Origin: Octopus bimaculoides
Lineage: Eukaryota
Length of the DNA stretch: 64,000 bases
Assembly (NCBI RefSeq): GCF_001194135.2
Contig: NC_068982.1
Coordinates: 3,199,442-3,263,441, forward strand
Direction: 5' to 3'
Shown here: positions 13,376 through 26,432 of the stretch, piece after piece
Numbering within the stretch: the stretch's first letter is position 1
How the letters are laid out: every line of letters begins with the position of its first letter
Translations under genes and position numbers: made by a program
The notes under the pieces: model-generated
What the model saw: the letters and a program-made list of their open reading frames with translations, nothing else
Database searches by the model: none
Told to the model about the DNA's origin: nothing

Positions 13376-16041
13376 GTGTGACGCAGAAACACCGACACTT
13401 TACAAAACACAAACTAAATGGATCTGTTCCTTTGTCATGCGGCATCTGAGCGCCATTTTGAACATGAAATGTTCGCAGCATGTCTCAAACACTAAAGTCA
13501 TGAAGAAGATTGGCTTTCAACCCATGCACCATTAATTCATGGATAGAAAATCCCGTTGGACACACCAGTTTGCGAGAAGACCTTAAAAGATCTATTTATT
13601 CCCCATAATACCTGATACCAGCCAACCGGTAATCGCTCATTTTGGAGAATACTAATTCTTAAAGTCAATCATTGTCGTTGACGACGGACTGGAAATCACC
13701 ACATGTTCGCTCATGGATTGAGTTCTGTCATTAAAAACATCACCGAGTCATTTTATTACAAAGCCTCCTACTATTTCGCTACAATGAATAGGAAACTGTG
13801 TCGTGTTGCAACCCACAGTTGTCCGTGTCAACCGCCCCAACGCTGTTCCATTGAAGTCAATACTTTCATGTCTCTACAACAACTACTTGCATCTCGTATC
13901 TACTACATGCGCTTCAGAAATTATTAAAAGATTTTAAATTATCATCTAGTTTCTTTATTTATATATTTATTTAGTTTCCGTCATATCTTTAATATGCTTT
14001 ATTAATTTATCTCAGTCCATTTCATATTTGATTCATTTATAAGTTTCGACTGTGTTTTATAAACTGGTTAAAGACTCACCGAGCAGTGTTTTCTGAAGCA
14101 CTCCATACCTTACATTTATGTATATATATTCATTTGTCAAAAAATGATATATAAATATGCGTGTAGACAGATCCGTATTCAAACACAGACACAGACACAC
14201 ACATATGCTAATATTTCCGTTTATATAAAGTTATATATATAAGCAATTAAACATTATATTAAAGGATCGATCAATAACTTTGAATAGAATATAATATTTA
14301 TTGATTTTTCAAGGAAGACATCCTCAGTAATTTCTGTTTGCTAGCTTTCATCAGTTCGTGGTTTTATGTATGTGCACCTGAGAAGTTTATAGTTCAAATC
14401 GGTAATTTTTGTTTTCCTTTCCTTTGGATATGTTACGTCGAATACTACACAGTTCCGTTTTTCTTCTTTTTCTCATCAGCGACTACAATACTCAGTCTGT
14501 TGTGTCCCATTATTCTTTCGGTTTGTATATGAAATTCACAAAACAACCTCATTTCATTGTTTTCGAAGACTAGACTTTCTATTCCCACAAAGAAGTTATA
14601 GACTTTACGTGTTTATGGAAAACCAAATTTCCGGTAAAGTTTTCCAGAATATTATGTCAGTAATTTCCCCATGCCTATACTTTTGGGATTGATTCTGAAC
14701 ACAACTGTGAATTGTCTGAAATGCAATTGAGATATGATATTGGGGCAAACAATTGTGTTACTCTATCGTTCTCCTGATCCAGTTTACCTTTAATGCCTGT
14801 TCCTGTGTTGCTCTTCTGGTTTTTACCGTCTATTATCTTTTTGGTGTCTTTGAAAAACCATGGAGTGAATCTACTTTTCTTAAAAGTTTGATTTCCTCTT
14901 TTCCACATTTTTCTATTTTCCCTTTTTGCGTTCTGCACATTCTGACACTTATTACTGCCGGGTTTTACCTCTTTTAGACTTGTTTCTTCTTCATTTTCTT
15001 CTAGATAAGAACATAGACTTGTCTTCTTTTTCTCTGCTCCCACATTGTCGCTCATCACCCTCTTTCTACTATTTTATCCGTGTAACCGGTTCACATCATC
15101 GGATTGTGATTAAATTTCGTTTTCAAATCTTATAGTGTATGTGGAAGAGATCGAACAATGATGATAAAAATTAGGTGTGATGCAAGTGAATCTGCAAGCA
15201 AAAAGGACTCATTGTGTGGGAAGAGAAGTTGTGAAAGAATCGAAAGGAGTGGTAGAAAGGAATTTTTGGTTTGATGAAGAATGTTTGCCGTTGTTTGTGT
15301 TTAGACTCGTAAATAAAGCATGTACATAAACGAGTTCACCACGTCTCTCACGACGGATGACCACATCCGACGGATTGGTCGTTTAGTTTCAACGGGAATA
15401 CAAGTTTACATGTGGTCACTGGCCATATGCAAAGTGTGACCCATAGCGACTCATATTGCCATCGATTGTCGACCGTCACAGAGGATTCGTGGATCAAATC
15501 ACCACCGATTATCAGACCACGCGTAGCCGGGGTTTGATGCGGGTTCTAGTAACATGCTTTAAAAAAAAGCTAAAGGCTGCTTCCCTTCCAGCGATCTGCT
15601 AGCCCTTCAGACACCAACCCAGAATTTCCGAGGGCCAGTGCTAAATACAGAATAGCATTGGAAGAAACTTGTGTACTTGCTTATGTGGCGATGTGTCCCA
15701 TTCAGGTGTCAATTTGTTTTGGTTGAATGTATTTATTTGAGTGTGCGCTGGATGTGCGTGTGTGTGTGTATGTGTGTTACTGTATAGTGTCATGAAATCA
15801 TATGTACGCACATTGTTGGGCGTCTGCGCATTATTTCGGTGAATATATGCTGTTGGGTTTCTGCCGATGCTTTTTTTAATGCTATCTGTGGGCGTGCCTA
15901 TGTGCATCTCGTGCGTGTGTTAGAGTGTGACATTAGTGTAAGCCTCTGAGAAATATCTGCAGGAGTTTGTCTAGGTGCTTGTTGAAATGAGTTTATATTG
16001 AAAGGCACGTAGGTGCGAGAGGGGCGGTGATTTTGGGTGTA

Positions 16042-16260
16042 CAGTAATCTCTCGACTATCGCAGGTGTTACGTTCCAACCCCCCAACCCCCGTGATAGGT
16101 AAAAATCCGAGAAGTAAAAAGAGTCCCGTATAGTATATCTTGTTATTTTTATAATTTGTACATATTTTATTAGAAATGCAAAACTACACCACAGAGAAAT
16201 CGACGTACGCTTAAATAATAAACCATGATAGGTGAACCGCGATATCGCGAGGGATTACTG
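16042..16260. mobile_element. pogo/Tigger-type MITE
   Basis: Left TIR TA|CAGTAATCTCTCGACTATCGCAG and right TIR CCGCGATATCGCGAGGGATTACTG|TG. No coding capacity. Confidence 0.8.
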
Positions 16261-16379
16261 TGCATGCGTTTGCGTGTTCGTATATCTTTGTAGGTTTGGG
16301 GATTAAACGAGTGCTTGCTGTTATATTGGGCGTTTTTGTTATGCGTTGTGTAAGTACGTTGTTATTATATTATCAGTGT

Positions 16380-16768
16380 AAGGCGGCGAGCTGGCAGAAA
16401 CGTTAGCACGCCGGGCGAAATGCTTAGCGGTACTTCGTCTGAGTTCAAATTCCGCCGAGGTCGACTTTGCCTTTCATCCTTTCGGGGTCGATTAAATAAG
16501 TACCAGTTACGCACTAGGGTCGATATAATCGACTTAATCCGTTTGTCTGTCTTTGTTTGTCCCCTCTGTGTATAGCCCCTTGTGGGCAGTAAAGAAATAG
16601 GTATTTCGTCTGTCTTTACGTTCTGTGTTCAAATTTCGCCGAGGTCGACTTTGACTTTCATCCTTTCGGGGTCGATAAATTGAGTACCAGTTGCGTACTG
16701 GGATCGATCTAATCGACTGGTTCCCTCTCAAATATATCAGTCCTTGTGCCTAGAGTAGAAAAGGTTAT
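16380..16768 (+). mobile_element. compound SINE family A (complete A1-tail copy fused to headless A2-tail copy)
   Basis: Head-body-tail1 ends AAAGAAATAG (16600) and is followed directly by GTATTTCGTCTGTC-body-tail2. Confidence 0.9.
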
Positions 16769-17159
16769 ACCTACTTCTTGTGTTCACTCCTATCCTCTCC
16801 TCTCTTCATTGATACCACCCCCACCATCACACCACACCACCACACCAGACTACCACACCATACCACACCACTCGCCACACATTAGCACTGGCCACTTCCC
16901 AGCACCCACCCCAATACGCCATCAACCACACACTCATACACAATCTTCAATCTTCAAAATCATCACCACATATACCACTATTTGAGCAGCTACACATTAC
17001 ATACGCACTTACACACGCGCACACCCACACACGTCAAAGTCACTAGCCCCTCTTCTCACACACACACTTACACTTTCACACACACCATTCCCACATACAC
17101 ACGCGCGCACCTCCATTTCTTCCAACCTCTTCTTTTAAACTATTTTCTCTAATCATTCA

Positions 17160-17340
17160 CCATGCGTGACCGCTAGTTTTCTTTTTTTTTTTGCATTCTC
17201 TCTCTGTTTATTTTCTTTTATTTCTTGCTGTTGAAGAGCGTAGGCTCGAAACGTAAAGGACGTTTTCCTTTTCCCGAGCTTCAAACTAATAAACCTGCTT
17301 GTTCTTCGTCTTTTGTTTTTCTATAAATTGCGACTATATA
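17160..17340 (+). mobile_element. short interspersed repeat with hammerhead-like motif (3 copies in window)
   Basis: Reverse-complement homologues at 52160-52350 and 61990-62125. Contains CTGTTGAAGAGCGTAGGCTCGAAACGTA. Confidence 0.8.
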
Positions 17341-17386
17341 TATGTGTGTGTGTGTGAGTGTGTGTGTGTGTGTGCGTGTGTGAGTA

Positions 17387-17427
<41 letters not shown>

Positions 17428-17576
17428 TGGTTTGGATTTTACTCACGAGGTATTGGAATCTTATATATGTATACCATTCTCCCTAAACAATGGATTTACA
17501 AATAGAGTATTCCTGCATTCACTCTCTATTTCCTATCTTATCTAAATTAACTGTTGCTTAACCATCCTCTCACACT

Positions 17577-17624
17577 GTCTCCGATGAAGGGATGTAATAA
17601 ATATCCTGGAAACAGCTGTAGGAC
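17577..17624 (+). ncRNA. type I hammerhead-ribozyme-like motif with palindromic stem III
   Basis: GTCT | CCGATGA | A-GGGAT-gtaataaat-ATCCT-G | GAA | ACAGCTGT | A | GGAC. All three stems can be drawn; U4 is C. Confidence 0.6.
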
Positions 17625-18455
17625 TTATTCATAAATAAGCTATAATGAACGCACCCTTGNNNNNNNNNNNNNNNNNNNNNNNNNNNNNNNNNNNNNNNNN
17701 NNNNNNNNNNNNNNNNNNNNNNNNNNNNNNNNNNNNNNNNNNNNNNNNNNNNNNNNNNNNNNNNNNNNNNNNNNNNNNNNNNNNNNNNNNNNNNNNNNNN
17801 NNNNNNNNNNNNNNNNNNNNNNNNNNNNNNNNNNNNNNNNNNNNNNNNNNNNNNNNNNNNNNNNNNNNNNNNNNNNNNNNNNNNNNNNNNNNNNNNNNNN
17901 NNNNNNNNNNNNNNNNNNNNNNNNNNNNNNNNNNNNNNNNNNNNNNNNNNNNNNNNNNNNNNNNNNNNNNNNNNNNNNNNNNNNNNNNNNNNNNNNNNNN
18001 NNNNNNNNNNNNNNNNNNNNNNNNNNNNNNNNNNNNNNNNNNNNNNNNNNNNNNNNNNNNGATTTCAAAAGTGATTGCAGTACGCACGTTTCATGCTACT
18101 TCAATTTATTTAAGTAATGTGAGCATTACCTTAAATGCAATATGAAGAGCAATCTTCAGCTGCACGAAAAAATGTAGAAAAAAAGACATATTACAAATGT
18201 GGCAACATATTAAAACCAAGTGGGAGAGAGCAGAGGAAGAATATATAAGTCCATCTTGACATAGCAGGGTCTATCAGGCTATATACATACATACATATAC
18301 ACACACACATACAATATATATTTATTTTATCCTACCAAATCTGGTGCCTCAAGCATTTTAAGTACCACATTTAATCTTTTGATTAAATCTATATTATTAT
18401 ATTTATTTATATATACATTTATTTATTTACATATAGATATATGTATATGTACATG

Positions 18456-18610
18456 TTTGTGTGCTAAGAAGCTTGCTTCTGAACCACAAGGTTCTGGATT
18501 CAATCCCACTGTGTGGCACCTTGGATAATTGTTTTCTACCAGGAACACTAGCCGACCAAATCCGTGTGAGTGGATTTGGTAGACGGAAACTGAAAAAAGC
18601 TCGTTGTACA
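18456..18610 (+). mobile_element. SINE family B, 5' half running into a TA/CA microsatellite
   Basis: GTGCTAAGAAGCTTGCTT...TTCAATCCCACTGTGTGGCACCTTGG...GAGTGGATTTGGTAGACGGAAACTGAA. Confidence 0.85.
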
Positions 18611-19129
18611 TACATACATACATACAAACATACACATATATATATATACACGCATATATGTTTTGATTTATATATATACGTATATGTTTATATATATACA
18701 TGTTTATTTATATATATATATATGTATATATATATTTATACTTATATATATATACATGTTTTTATATATATATATATATATACATATCCATGTTCATATA
18801 TGTGTGTGTGTATTTGTGTGTGTGTGTGTGCGCGCGCTCGCGCGCGTGCGTGTGGAAAGCCGAAGTTACACATGTATACAATGCACTTTATGTTTGAAGT
18901 GAAATTTCTCTCCCCACGGATTTGAATGTGTGCTCATAATTAGATTCAGTGAAATCCTGTGTTCCATAATTCTTTCTAAGTTTTCAAACCAATGGTGTTA
19001 AAATTTCCCTGACAGTGGCTTCGAGAATATAAATATATCAGTAACCTATTCTGCCTCTACTGAATCAGATATTTCCTTGGCTAAAATATGCGTCCTTCAC
19101 TAAAACCCAAAAGTATATGATCAAATACC

Positions 19130-19658
19130 ATAATGCGCAAGATCGAAACGGCCTTCGTGCGGAATTTGTCAAGTTTTTAATATCGTTTTCCAGAAATAGC
19201 TTGATACATTGAGGGCAAGTCAGCGGCGTTTGAGAGCATAAAGACTAAAGTTCGCGCAGCCAATGGAATATTAGAAGAGAGGTAATTGTACACAGGATGG
19301 TTATTGCCGGGTATCAAAGTGACGACATCATGAGTGCTGCTCAATTTTTTGTGAACTCTGTAAAGGCTCTAATACATGACATGGACAGCTGCAACGGAAT
19401 CTACGAAGAGGCAGCCAACATGAAGATACATAGCAAGTGTTTTGATTGCGTCTGCACGCCGGAATTCATCTTTGAACAGAGCCTAAGGTTGAATTCAGAC
19501 GGTTATATGACGGCGCTACAGATTGTGATATTGGTTGCGACTGCAAAGCCATATGTGTGGCAATAGATTTCAAAACCTTTGCTGTACTTTCGGGAAAAGT
19601 GTGGTTGTCGGAGAATTTCTACGACTTTGCTAGTTCCAATTTATGCCCTCCTAATTCC
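19130..19658 (+). mobile_element. decayed Tc1/mariner-superfamily transposase (maT/DD37D-like)
   Basis: FIFEQSLRLNSDGY...KPYVWQ* then WLSENFYDFASSNLCPPNS, recalling WQQDSAPxH and WPPxSPDLNP motifs. Truncated before the third catalytic residue, so the family is not verifiable. Confidence 0.7.
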
Positions 19659-19959
19659 TATTATTTTATTCACATGGATTACAAGTGATTTTTTTTTATT
19701 ACTTTTATTTTCGTATGGAATATTGTTTCCTTTTTCTTTTATGCAGAATGTCAAATTTAGCCCGAATACCCGGTAAATGTGAAGCGTGTCCCAGAAATAG
19801 ATGTTTGAAATTGAGCTTCTGCTTTGATGTACGTCTATTTCTGCTGATCGACTTCAATATGTGGGACACATGGTTGTAATCAACAAACCAAAAATATTGG
19901 ACTGTATGACATTTATTTACATTTATCTCCAAATCTTTCGACAGCCTCTTGCAAAGGTT

Positions 19960-20334
19960 TCGGCTTGATATGTGTGTGCAGAAATAGTGGGAGAGCACCA
20001 TAGCTATGTATAGAAAGGAATTCTTAGGGTTTGGATAATTCACCCTTGGAAATATGGGTGTTTTGTTCAACATCGTTAAACAACCCTTATTCAGGGACCT
20101 TTTGAGCGGAATGGGCTACTCGAGCTGAAGACAATTGTAACTAGGCCCTACCTGCAAGGTAATGCTCTGTTAGTCTTGATATGAGATCACCATGTCGCGC
20201 ACATATGGTTGTGATGCATGTTCCTAGTGTACCCTTATCAGACGAGTAGTCATGATAGATATACTGGGCTTCATATATTTTACCCCAGTGTCGCTTTGAT
20301 GGCATTCACTGCTCTCTCACTCACTAATAATAAT
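19960..20334 (+). mobile_element. 3' end of a (TAA)-tailed non-LTR retroelement
   Basis: GC-richer non-coding segment ending CTCTCTCACTCACTAATAATAAT. Resembles an octopus interspersed repeat recalled from memory. Confidence 0.55.
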
Positions 20335-20960
20335 CTGCAATAGAGTGGATGAAATCATTGCCCATATCACGTACGAATGCCCTGGACTTGTCCAAAATAA
20401 CTACATGATCAGGTAGCGTAAGTGCTACATTATAAGCTGTATGCAAAGTGGGGTGTAGAGAGAGGCAAGACGTGCTATTAGCACAAACCGCAGAGGTGGC
20501 GGAGTCGGAGAATAGTAAAATCCTCTGGGATTTCCCAATCCAAACAGATCTGGTACTAGAGCATAACAGACCGGACCTAGTGGTAGTTGATAGGTACAAC
20601 ACAAATGCTTAATGTTGCGTGCCCCTTTGACCCACGAATGGTCAAGAAGGAAGGCGAAAAGATAGATTAAATACAACCCTCTTAAGTACGAAATGAACCC
20701 GGTTGTGGAAAATGAAGAAATTAAAGATAATGCCAATTATTGTTGGGTCCTTGGGAACAGTATCAGGAGGCATCAAGAAATTGGAAATACAGTGCCCAAT
20801 AGAACTGTTACAAAATGTTTGCCTCCTTGGTACGGCCAGAATAATCAGGAAAATATTACATAGCTGAAAGAATAGATAGCATGGTATTGTAGGTTGCAGT
20901 TAGTAAGCCCGCTATGCATGCAAGAATTTAGGAGCTCCCTCGAAACCTGTGATAAAGAGA
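20335..20960 (+). mobile_element. R4/Dong-like non-LTR element, 3' fragment (zinc knuckle + RLE endonuclease)
   Basis: CNRVDEIIAHITYEC...KILWDFPIQTDLVLEHNRPDLVVVD...IMPIIVGSLGTV...LLQNVCLLGTARIIRKILHS* (TGA 20865-20867), with frameshifts. Confidence 0.88.
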
Positions 20961-20976
20961 AAGAAGTAATGAGGAT

Positions 20977-20987
20977 GAGGATGATGG

Positions 20988-21036
<49 letters not shown>
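20977..21036. repeat. (GAT)n microsatellite
   Basis: Read directly; follows the R4-like 3' UTR. Confidence 0.95.
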
Positions 21037-21037
<1 letters not shown>

Positions 21038-22788
21038 ACCAAACGAACGTGAAATCGGTGGTAATATTTGTTTTTAATGAAGATTGTTGAGAACCCACTG
21101 CAACCACCTGCGTCAAATGTAAAGTACAAAAAATTGAAACCGTTATTAAAATGAAGAGTTCTTGCAACAAGACCAGAGAACAACCAACAAAAATATGAAA
21201 CGAAAGTACTTTATCAACGTTTTCAACGAAAGCAACAGGACACTAATCGTGCTTCATTATAGCTTAACAAAGTTTTTCTCATGGCTCTCTAGCATTCATA
21301 CCGCACGCAGTGTCAAGCTGATTGCCAGTGACAAATTATCATCAGTCACGTGTGTGATGTTAAGGTCCTATCTGTTAAGGACATAGAAGTAATCAGAAGA
21401 CCTCACACCATTTGGTGAAAACTATCCACTCATAAATAAAGATATAATTTCTTAATGCTATTTTTTCTTGCTCTATTTCACTCTTCTATTACATCTCCTT
21501 TCTTTGGTTTTCTGACTCCTACTTACATTGATTTTTCTGCAGTATCGCTCCTGTTTCTATTCATGGATAATATTTCACACTATCTGCATTCTTCCTGCAA
21601 TTTTCTCCACTCTCATCTGTTATCTTGCTTCTCATCTTCCTTTTCGTCACATTACTTGATATTTTCTCTTTACTTTATCTCATATCTTCTTCCTGGTCAT
21701 GCTTTCTTTAGCAGGATGTACGTCCTCATACAACTCCACTTTCCTCCAAATCCCATTTATCTCTTAGCCTTTTTCCTACATTTATTATAATCTATCAGTC
21801 TACATATCCTTCTCTCTCTCTCTCTCTCTCTCACTCTCTCTCAGTCTCTTTCTTTCTCCATATATATATGCATGTACGAATGCATGTATGTATGCATGTA
21901 TGTACGTACGCACGTATGTATGTGTGTGTGTATGTATGTGTGTGTGTATGTATGCATATATATGTGTACGTATGTATCATTTCTAGTACCTTCCCATCCG
22001 CACAAATTATTTACCTGAACTTTTACCTTCTTTGTTTCTAGCTTCTACTTTATTTCCCTTCCTTTACAACTTATAACTTCCACTCCTTCACTTTCTTTCC
22101 GGTATTCTATTCTTTTCTTTTTTCTTCTTATTTTATTTTCCTTCTCTTCCATTCCAGCATTTCACACTTCTACCAACCAGTCATTTTATCTTCATTGTTT
22201 TCCATCTCTTCCATTCGTCATATGTTCTATTATTTTTTCTTTTTTACTCACTTTTTTCATCTTTTCATATTCTTCATTATATACATACATCATTCTTGTT
22301 TATTGGTCTGTTTCTATTTGTATAAAATTAATCGTTGTCCTCTTCTTTCTTTTCTGGAATCTACAATTTCCTGGTATTTACTAATACTCGACTCCACCCA
22401 ATTTTCTAATGATATTCTTTACATTCTTTCTTTAATGTTCTTTCGTATTTAAAATCCATTCACAATTTGTATTTCTTGTGATTTGTATTTCTTCTGATAG
22501 TTCACCACCTACTCATAACAGGTGGAGCTTTCTGTCACATATTCCAGCCCATTTTACATCCCATCAATCTCTATCTGGATATCCGCCTTTTTTTTCTTTT
22601 TTTTACCTATAAGCGTTTAATCAGATATTTCTATACATTTGGAATATCATCAATCGCAATAGCCCTGCCTACATGTCTGATTTGTACAGTTGCGGTAAAA
22701 CGAGTTGTATATCCGTAATGCTCATTGCTGATTTGTCATTTGCTCATTTACAAGTCTATCATTCATTTTCGTTGACGATGCTGCTGCT

Positions 22789-22792
<4 letters not shown>

Positions 22793-22879
<87 letters not shown>
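22793..22879. repeat. (GAT)n microsatellite
   Basis: Read directly. Confidence 0.97.
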
Positions 22880-23437
22880 GTAGCACTTTCATTCTAGATG
22901 GTGACGAAATTCAGTCGTTTAGGAAAAATTTATTCCTTAAAACTAAAGGAAAAAAATCTACAAAACAATGCATATCTTATATTTAATGTGATATACAAAC
23001 ACACACACACACACACACGCGCATATATATAGCATGTGTTTACGTATGTACAAAGGTGCGTATTATACGTATCTATAGATTTATACAGACAGGTATAAAG
23101 TACGTGTGCGAATCTGTTTATATTCTTTTTTTTTTTTGTATATATGTGGAACTTTGAATGATATACGTAAGAAAAAGAAAGAAACAAAAAAGATAAACCA
23201 GCATGAAGTAATATTCGCTGCTAAAATAGAAAAACAAACAAACAAAAGTTATATAAGAAATAATTTGCAGAGAAAATAATAAAGTAAAATGATGGCTGTA
23301 ACATAAAAGAGAATAAAAATAAATGGGAAAAGTAAATGAGAGGTAATCAACAAAAATAAGGCCATCATAGAAAAAAAATGACTTAAAATTAATGTAATCA
23401 CTCTGGAAATGTATAAACAATGAAAGATAATTACGTG

Positions 23438-23494
<57 letters not shown>

Positions 23495-24031
23495 GTGCGT
23501 GTGTGCGTGTGTGCGTATGTGTGTGTGTGCACACGCGCGTGTTCGTATGCGTGTGCGTGTGTGCGTATGTGTNNNNNNNNNNNNNNNNNNNNNNNNNNNN
23601 NNNNNNNNNNNNNNNNNNNNNNNNNNNNNNNNNNNNNNNNNNNNNNNNNNNNNNNNNNNNNNNNNNNNNNNNNNNNNNNNNNNNNNNNNNNNNNNNNNNN
23701 NNNNNNNNNNNNNNNNNNNNNNNNNNNNNNNNNNNNNNNNNNNNNNNNNNNNNNNNNNNNNNNNNNNNNNNNNNNNNNNNNNNNNNNNNNNNNNNNNNNN
23801 NNNNNNNNNNNNNNNNNNNNNNNNNNNNNNNNNNNNNNNNNNNNNNNNNNNNNNNNNNNNNNNNNNNNNNNNNNNNNNNNNNNNNNNNNNNNNNNNNNNN
23901 NNNNNNNNNNNNNNNNNNNNNNNNNNNNNNNNNNNNNNNNNNNNNNNNNNNNNNNNNNNNNNNNNNNNNNNNNNNNNNNNNNNNNNNNNNNNNNNNNNNN
24001 NNNNNNNNNNNNNNNNNNNNNNNNNNNNNNN

Positions 24032-24071
<40 letters not shown>

Positions 24072-24489
24072 AGCAAAGAAATGTATATATGCATAGATAG
24101 ATATGTATGTATATAGGTGTATAAGTGTATAACGCGTATGTGCGTGTGTGTGTGTGTACGTGTGTAAATATATTTCCAGTCAAAGTTCTTAGTAGTCATC
24201 TAGACATCTTCATGGCGTCATGCTTAGTATATTAATCTGATGGATAAGATTTCTTTTGTCAGCAATGTGTTCATTTCTTATTAGATAATTTATTTAATAC
24301 ATTCCGTTTATTTTGTTTGTTTGTTTTTTCTATCCATCAATGCTTACAGCAATCCAGTCTTTAAACACAAATATACACATGCCTACACATCGCTGCCTGA
24401 TCATTGCTATATGCATTGTGTACATGATATGCGGCATTTCTGATTCAACCGCCTTCTACTGTTTGTTATTGTTGTTGTTCCACTTCATC

Positions 24490-24582
24490 ATCTTCTTTTC
24501 TTCTTCTTCTTCTTCTTCTTCTTCTTCTTCTTCTTCTTCTTCTTCTTCTTCTTCTTCTTCTTCTTCTTCTTCTTCTTCTTCA
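24490..24582. repeat. (TCT)n microsatellite
   Basis: Read directly. Confidence 0.97.
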
Positions 24583-24809
24583 TTTTTACTTTACTCCTTA
24601 TCCTTGATGTTTACTTTCCATTTCCACAACCTCCTATCTTCCTTTTTCCTCCTTCTGGCAATATTAAACCATAAATATGGTTATATATCTAATCTTTAAC
24701 TCTTCGATTCCTCCTCTTACATTATATTTTGTGCTACCTTAAGAATATTAGTCTGTTTCTAAAAGACAACAATTTCCCAACCTCAAAATCATTGATTTAT
24801 ACATAAAAG

Positions 24810-24869
<60 letters not shown>

Positions 24870-24963
24870 ACGCACACACACATATCTATATATATATGTG
24901 TGGACGTGTGTATGTCTTTGTGTCTATGTATGTATGTATGTATGTATGTATGTGTTGATGTAT

Positions 24964-25192
24964 GGCGAGCTGGCAGAAACGTTAGCACGCTGGGTGAAAT
25001 GCTTAATAGTATTTCGCCCGTCGCTACGTTCTGAGTTCAATTTCCACCGAGGTCGACTGTGCCTTTCATACTTTAGGGGTCGATTAAATAAGTACCTGCT
25101 ATGCACTGGGGTCGTTATAAACGACTTAATCTCTTTGCCTGTCCTTGTTTGTCCCCTCTATATTTAGCCTCCATTCGGCAATAAAGACATAG
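24964..25192 (+). mobile_element. SINE family A with A1 tail
   Basis: GGCGAGCTGGCAGAAACGTTAGC head; tail GTCCTTGTTTGTCCCCTCT as at 16550. Confidence 0.9.
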
Positions 25193-25247
25193 ATGTATGT
25201 ATATGTACAAAATAGAATACATATTCTGTGTCGTTTTTCTTTTCTTA

Positions 25248-25440
25248 TTTTATTTTGCTTGTTTCAGTCATTTGACTGCGACCATGCTACAGCACCGCCT
25301 TTAGTCGAACAGATCGACCCCAGGACTTATTTTTTGTAAGCTTAGTACTTATTCTATCGGTCCCTTTTTCCGAACCGTAAATTTACGGGGATGTAAACAC
25401 ACCAACATCGGCTGTCAAGGTATGGTAGGAGGACAGATAC
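25248..25440 (-). mobile_element. SINE family B, 3' half
   Basis: GTTTCAGTCATTTGACTGCGACCATGCT...GTCGAACAGATCGACCCCAGG; followed by (CA)n and (TA)n. Confidence 0.88.
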
Positions 25441-25494
25441 ACACACACACACACTCACACACAAACACACACACCCCCCACACCCACACACACT

Positions 25495-25541
<47 letters not shown>

Positions 25542-26224
25542 GACAAATGTTGAGTTCAGTTTCATCCTTTTACTTTAGATTTTTAATAAAGATTCATTAT
25601 ATTAAATTTGTACCTTACTATGGTAAGTATTTTATTTAATAAGAAAATTTCACAAGTATCAGATGTGTTATGAGCATTTATAGAACACCTTTCCTATATA
25701 AGCTCAACAAACAATTAAAGATGGATAAGCGAAGACGTTAAAAGCTTTATAAAATTTTAATTAAAATTTTATAAAACTTTTAATATCTTCTCATTATGTG
25801 CCTTAAATGCTCGTTGGATACTTTCATGTTAGAAAGGGTTTTAATCAAAGAAAGTTTAATTCTATTATTCTGTAAAATAATATTTAATTATTTTAAATGT
25901 ACACAAATGCATAAAAATAATTTTTAATTCCATTAGACATTCTAAAATACAATTAAGTTTCATTCAATTTAAAAAAAGGTAAAATCGGTCAGAACTTGTG
26001 GGATGTCATGATATGTATGTATGAATGTATGTATGAATGTATGTATGTATGTATGTATGTATGTATGTATGTATGTATGCGTGCATGCAGGCATATTTGT
26101 ATGTAATATCAAATTAATATTGATCGCGATTCCATCCATGTTTCGCCAAACTGCCTATTCAACCGTTGCTGATAGATTTTCTAAGATGTTATGATACGGA
26201 AAATGAAAATTATCATGAAAGTTC

Positions 26225-26432
26225 ATTCTTTTTTATTCACCACAACAATGTCCGGTTTCTGGTCAGGTGATCGCACTGAATCATTGCATCCACAGGATTT
26301 TGCAATCTTCATACTCTATGATTCCTTCTGGGGTTTACTCATACCACGCTTTTACTCTTTGTAGGCCTTGATTTCCACTGAGCTCGCAATGGATCATTTT
26401 TGCCACATTGTCATGTGGTTTATTGTAATCGC
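26225..26432 (-). mobile_element. R4/Dong-like RLE fragment
   Basis: HDNVAKMIHCELSGNQGLQRVKAWYE*TPEGIIEYEDCKIL...QCDHL...KPDIVVVNKKE. Confidence 0.8.

Noticed and set aside
14675-15058. 127-aa minus-strand ORF (…KSRFTPWFFKDTKK…)
   Set aside because: Purine-rich, low-complexity strand favours open frames; no splice acceptor or recognisable domain.
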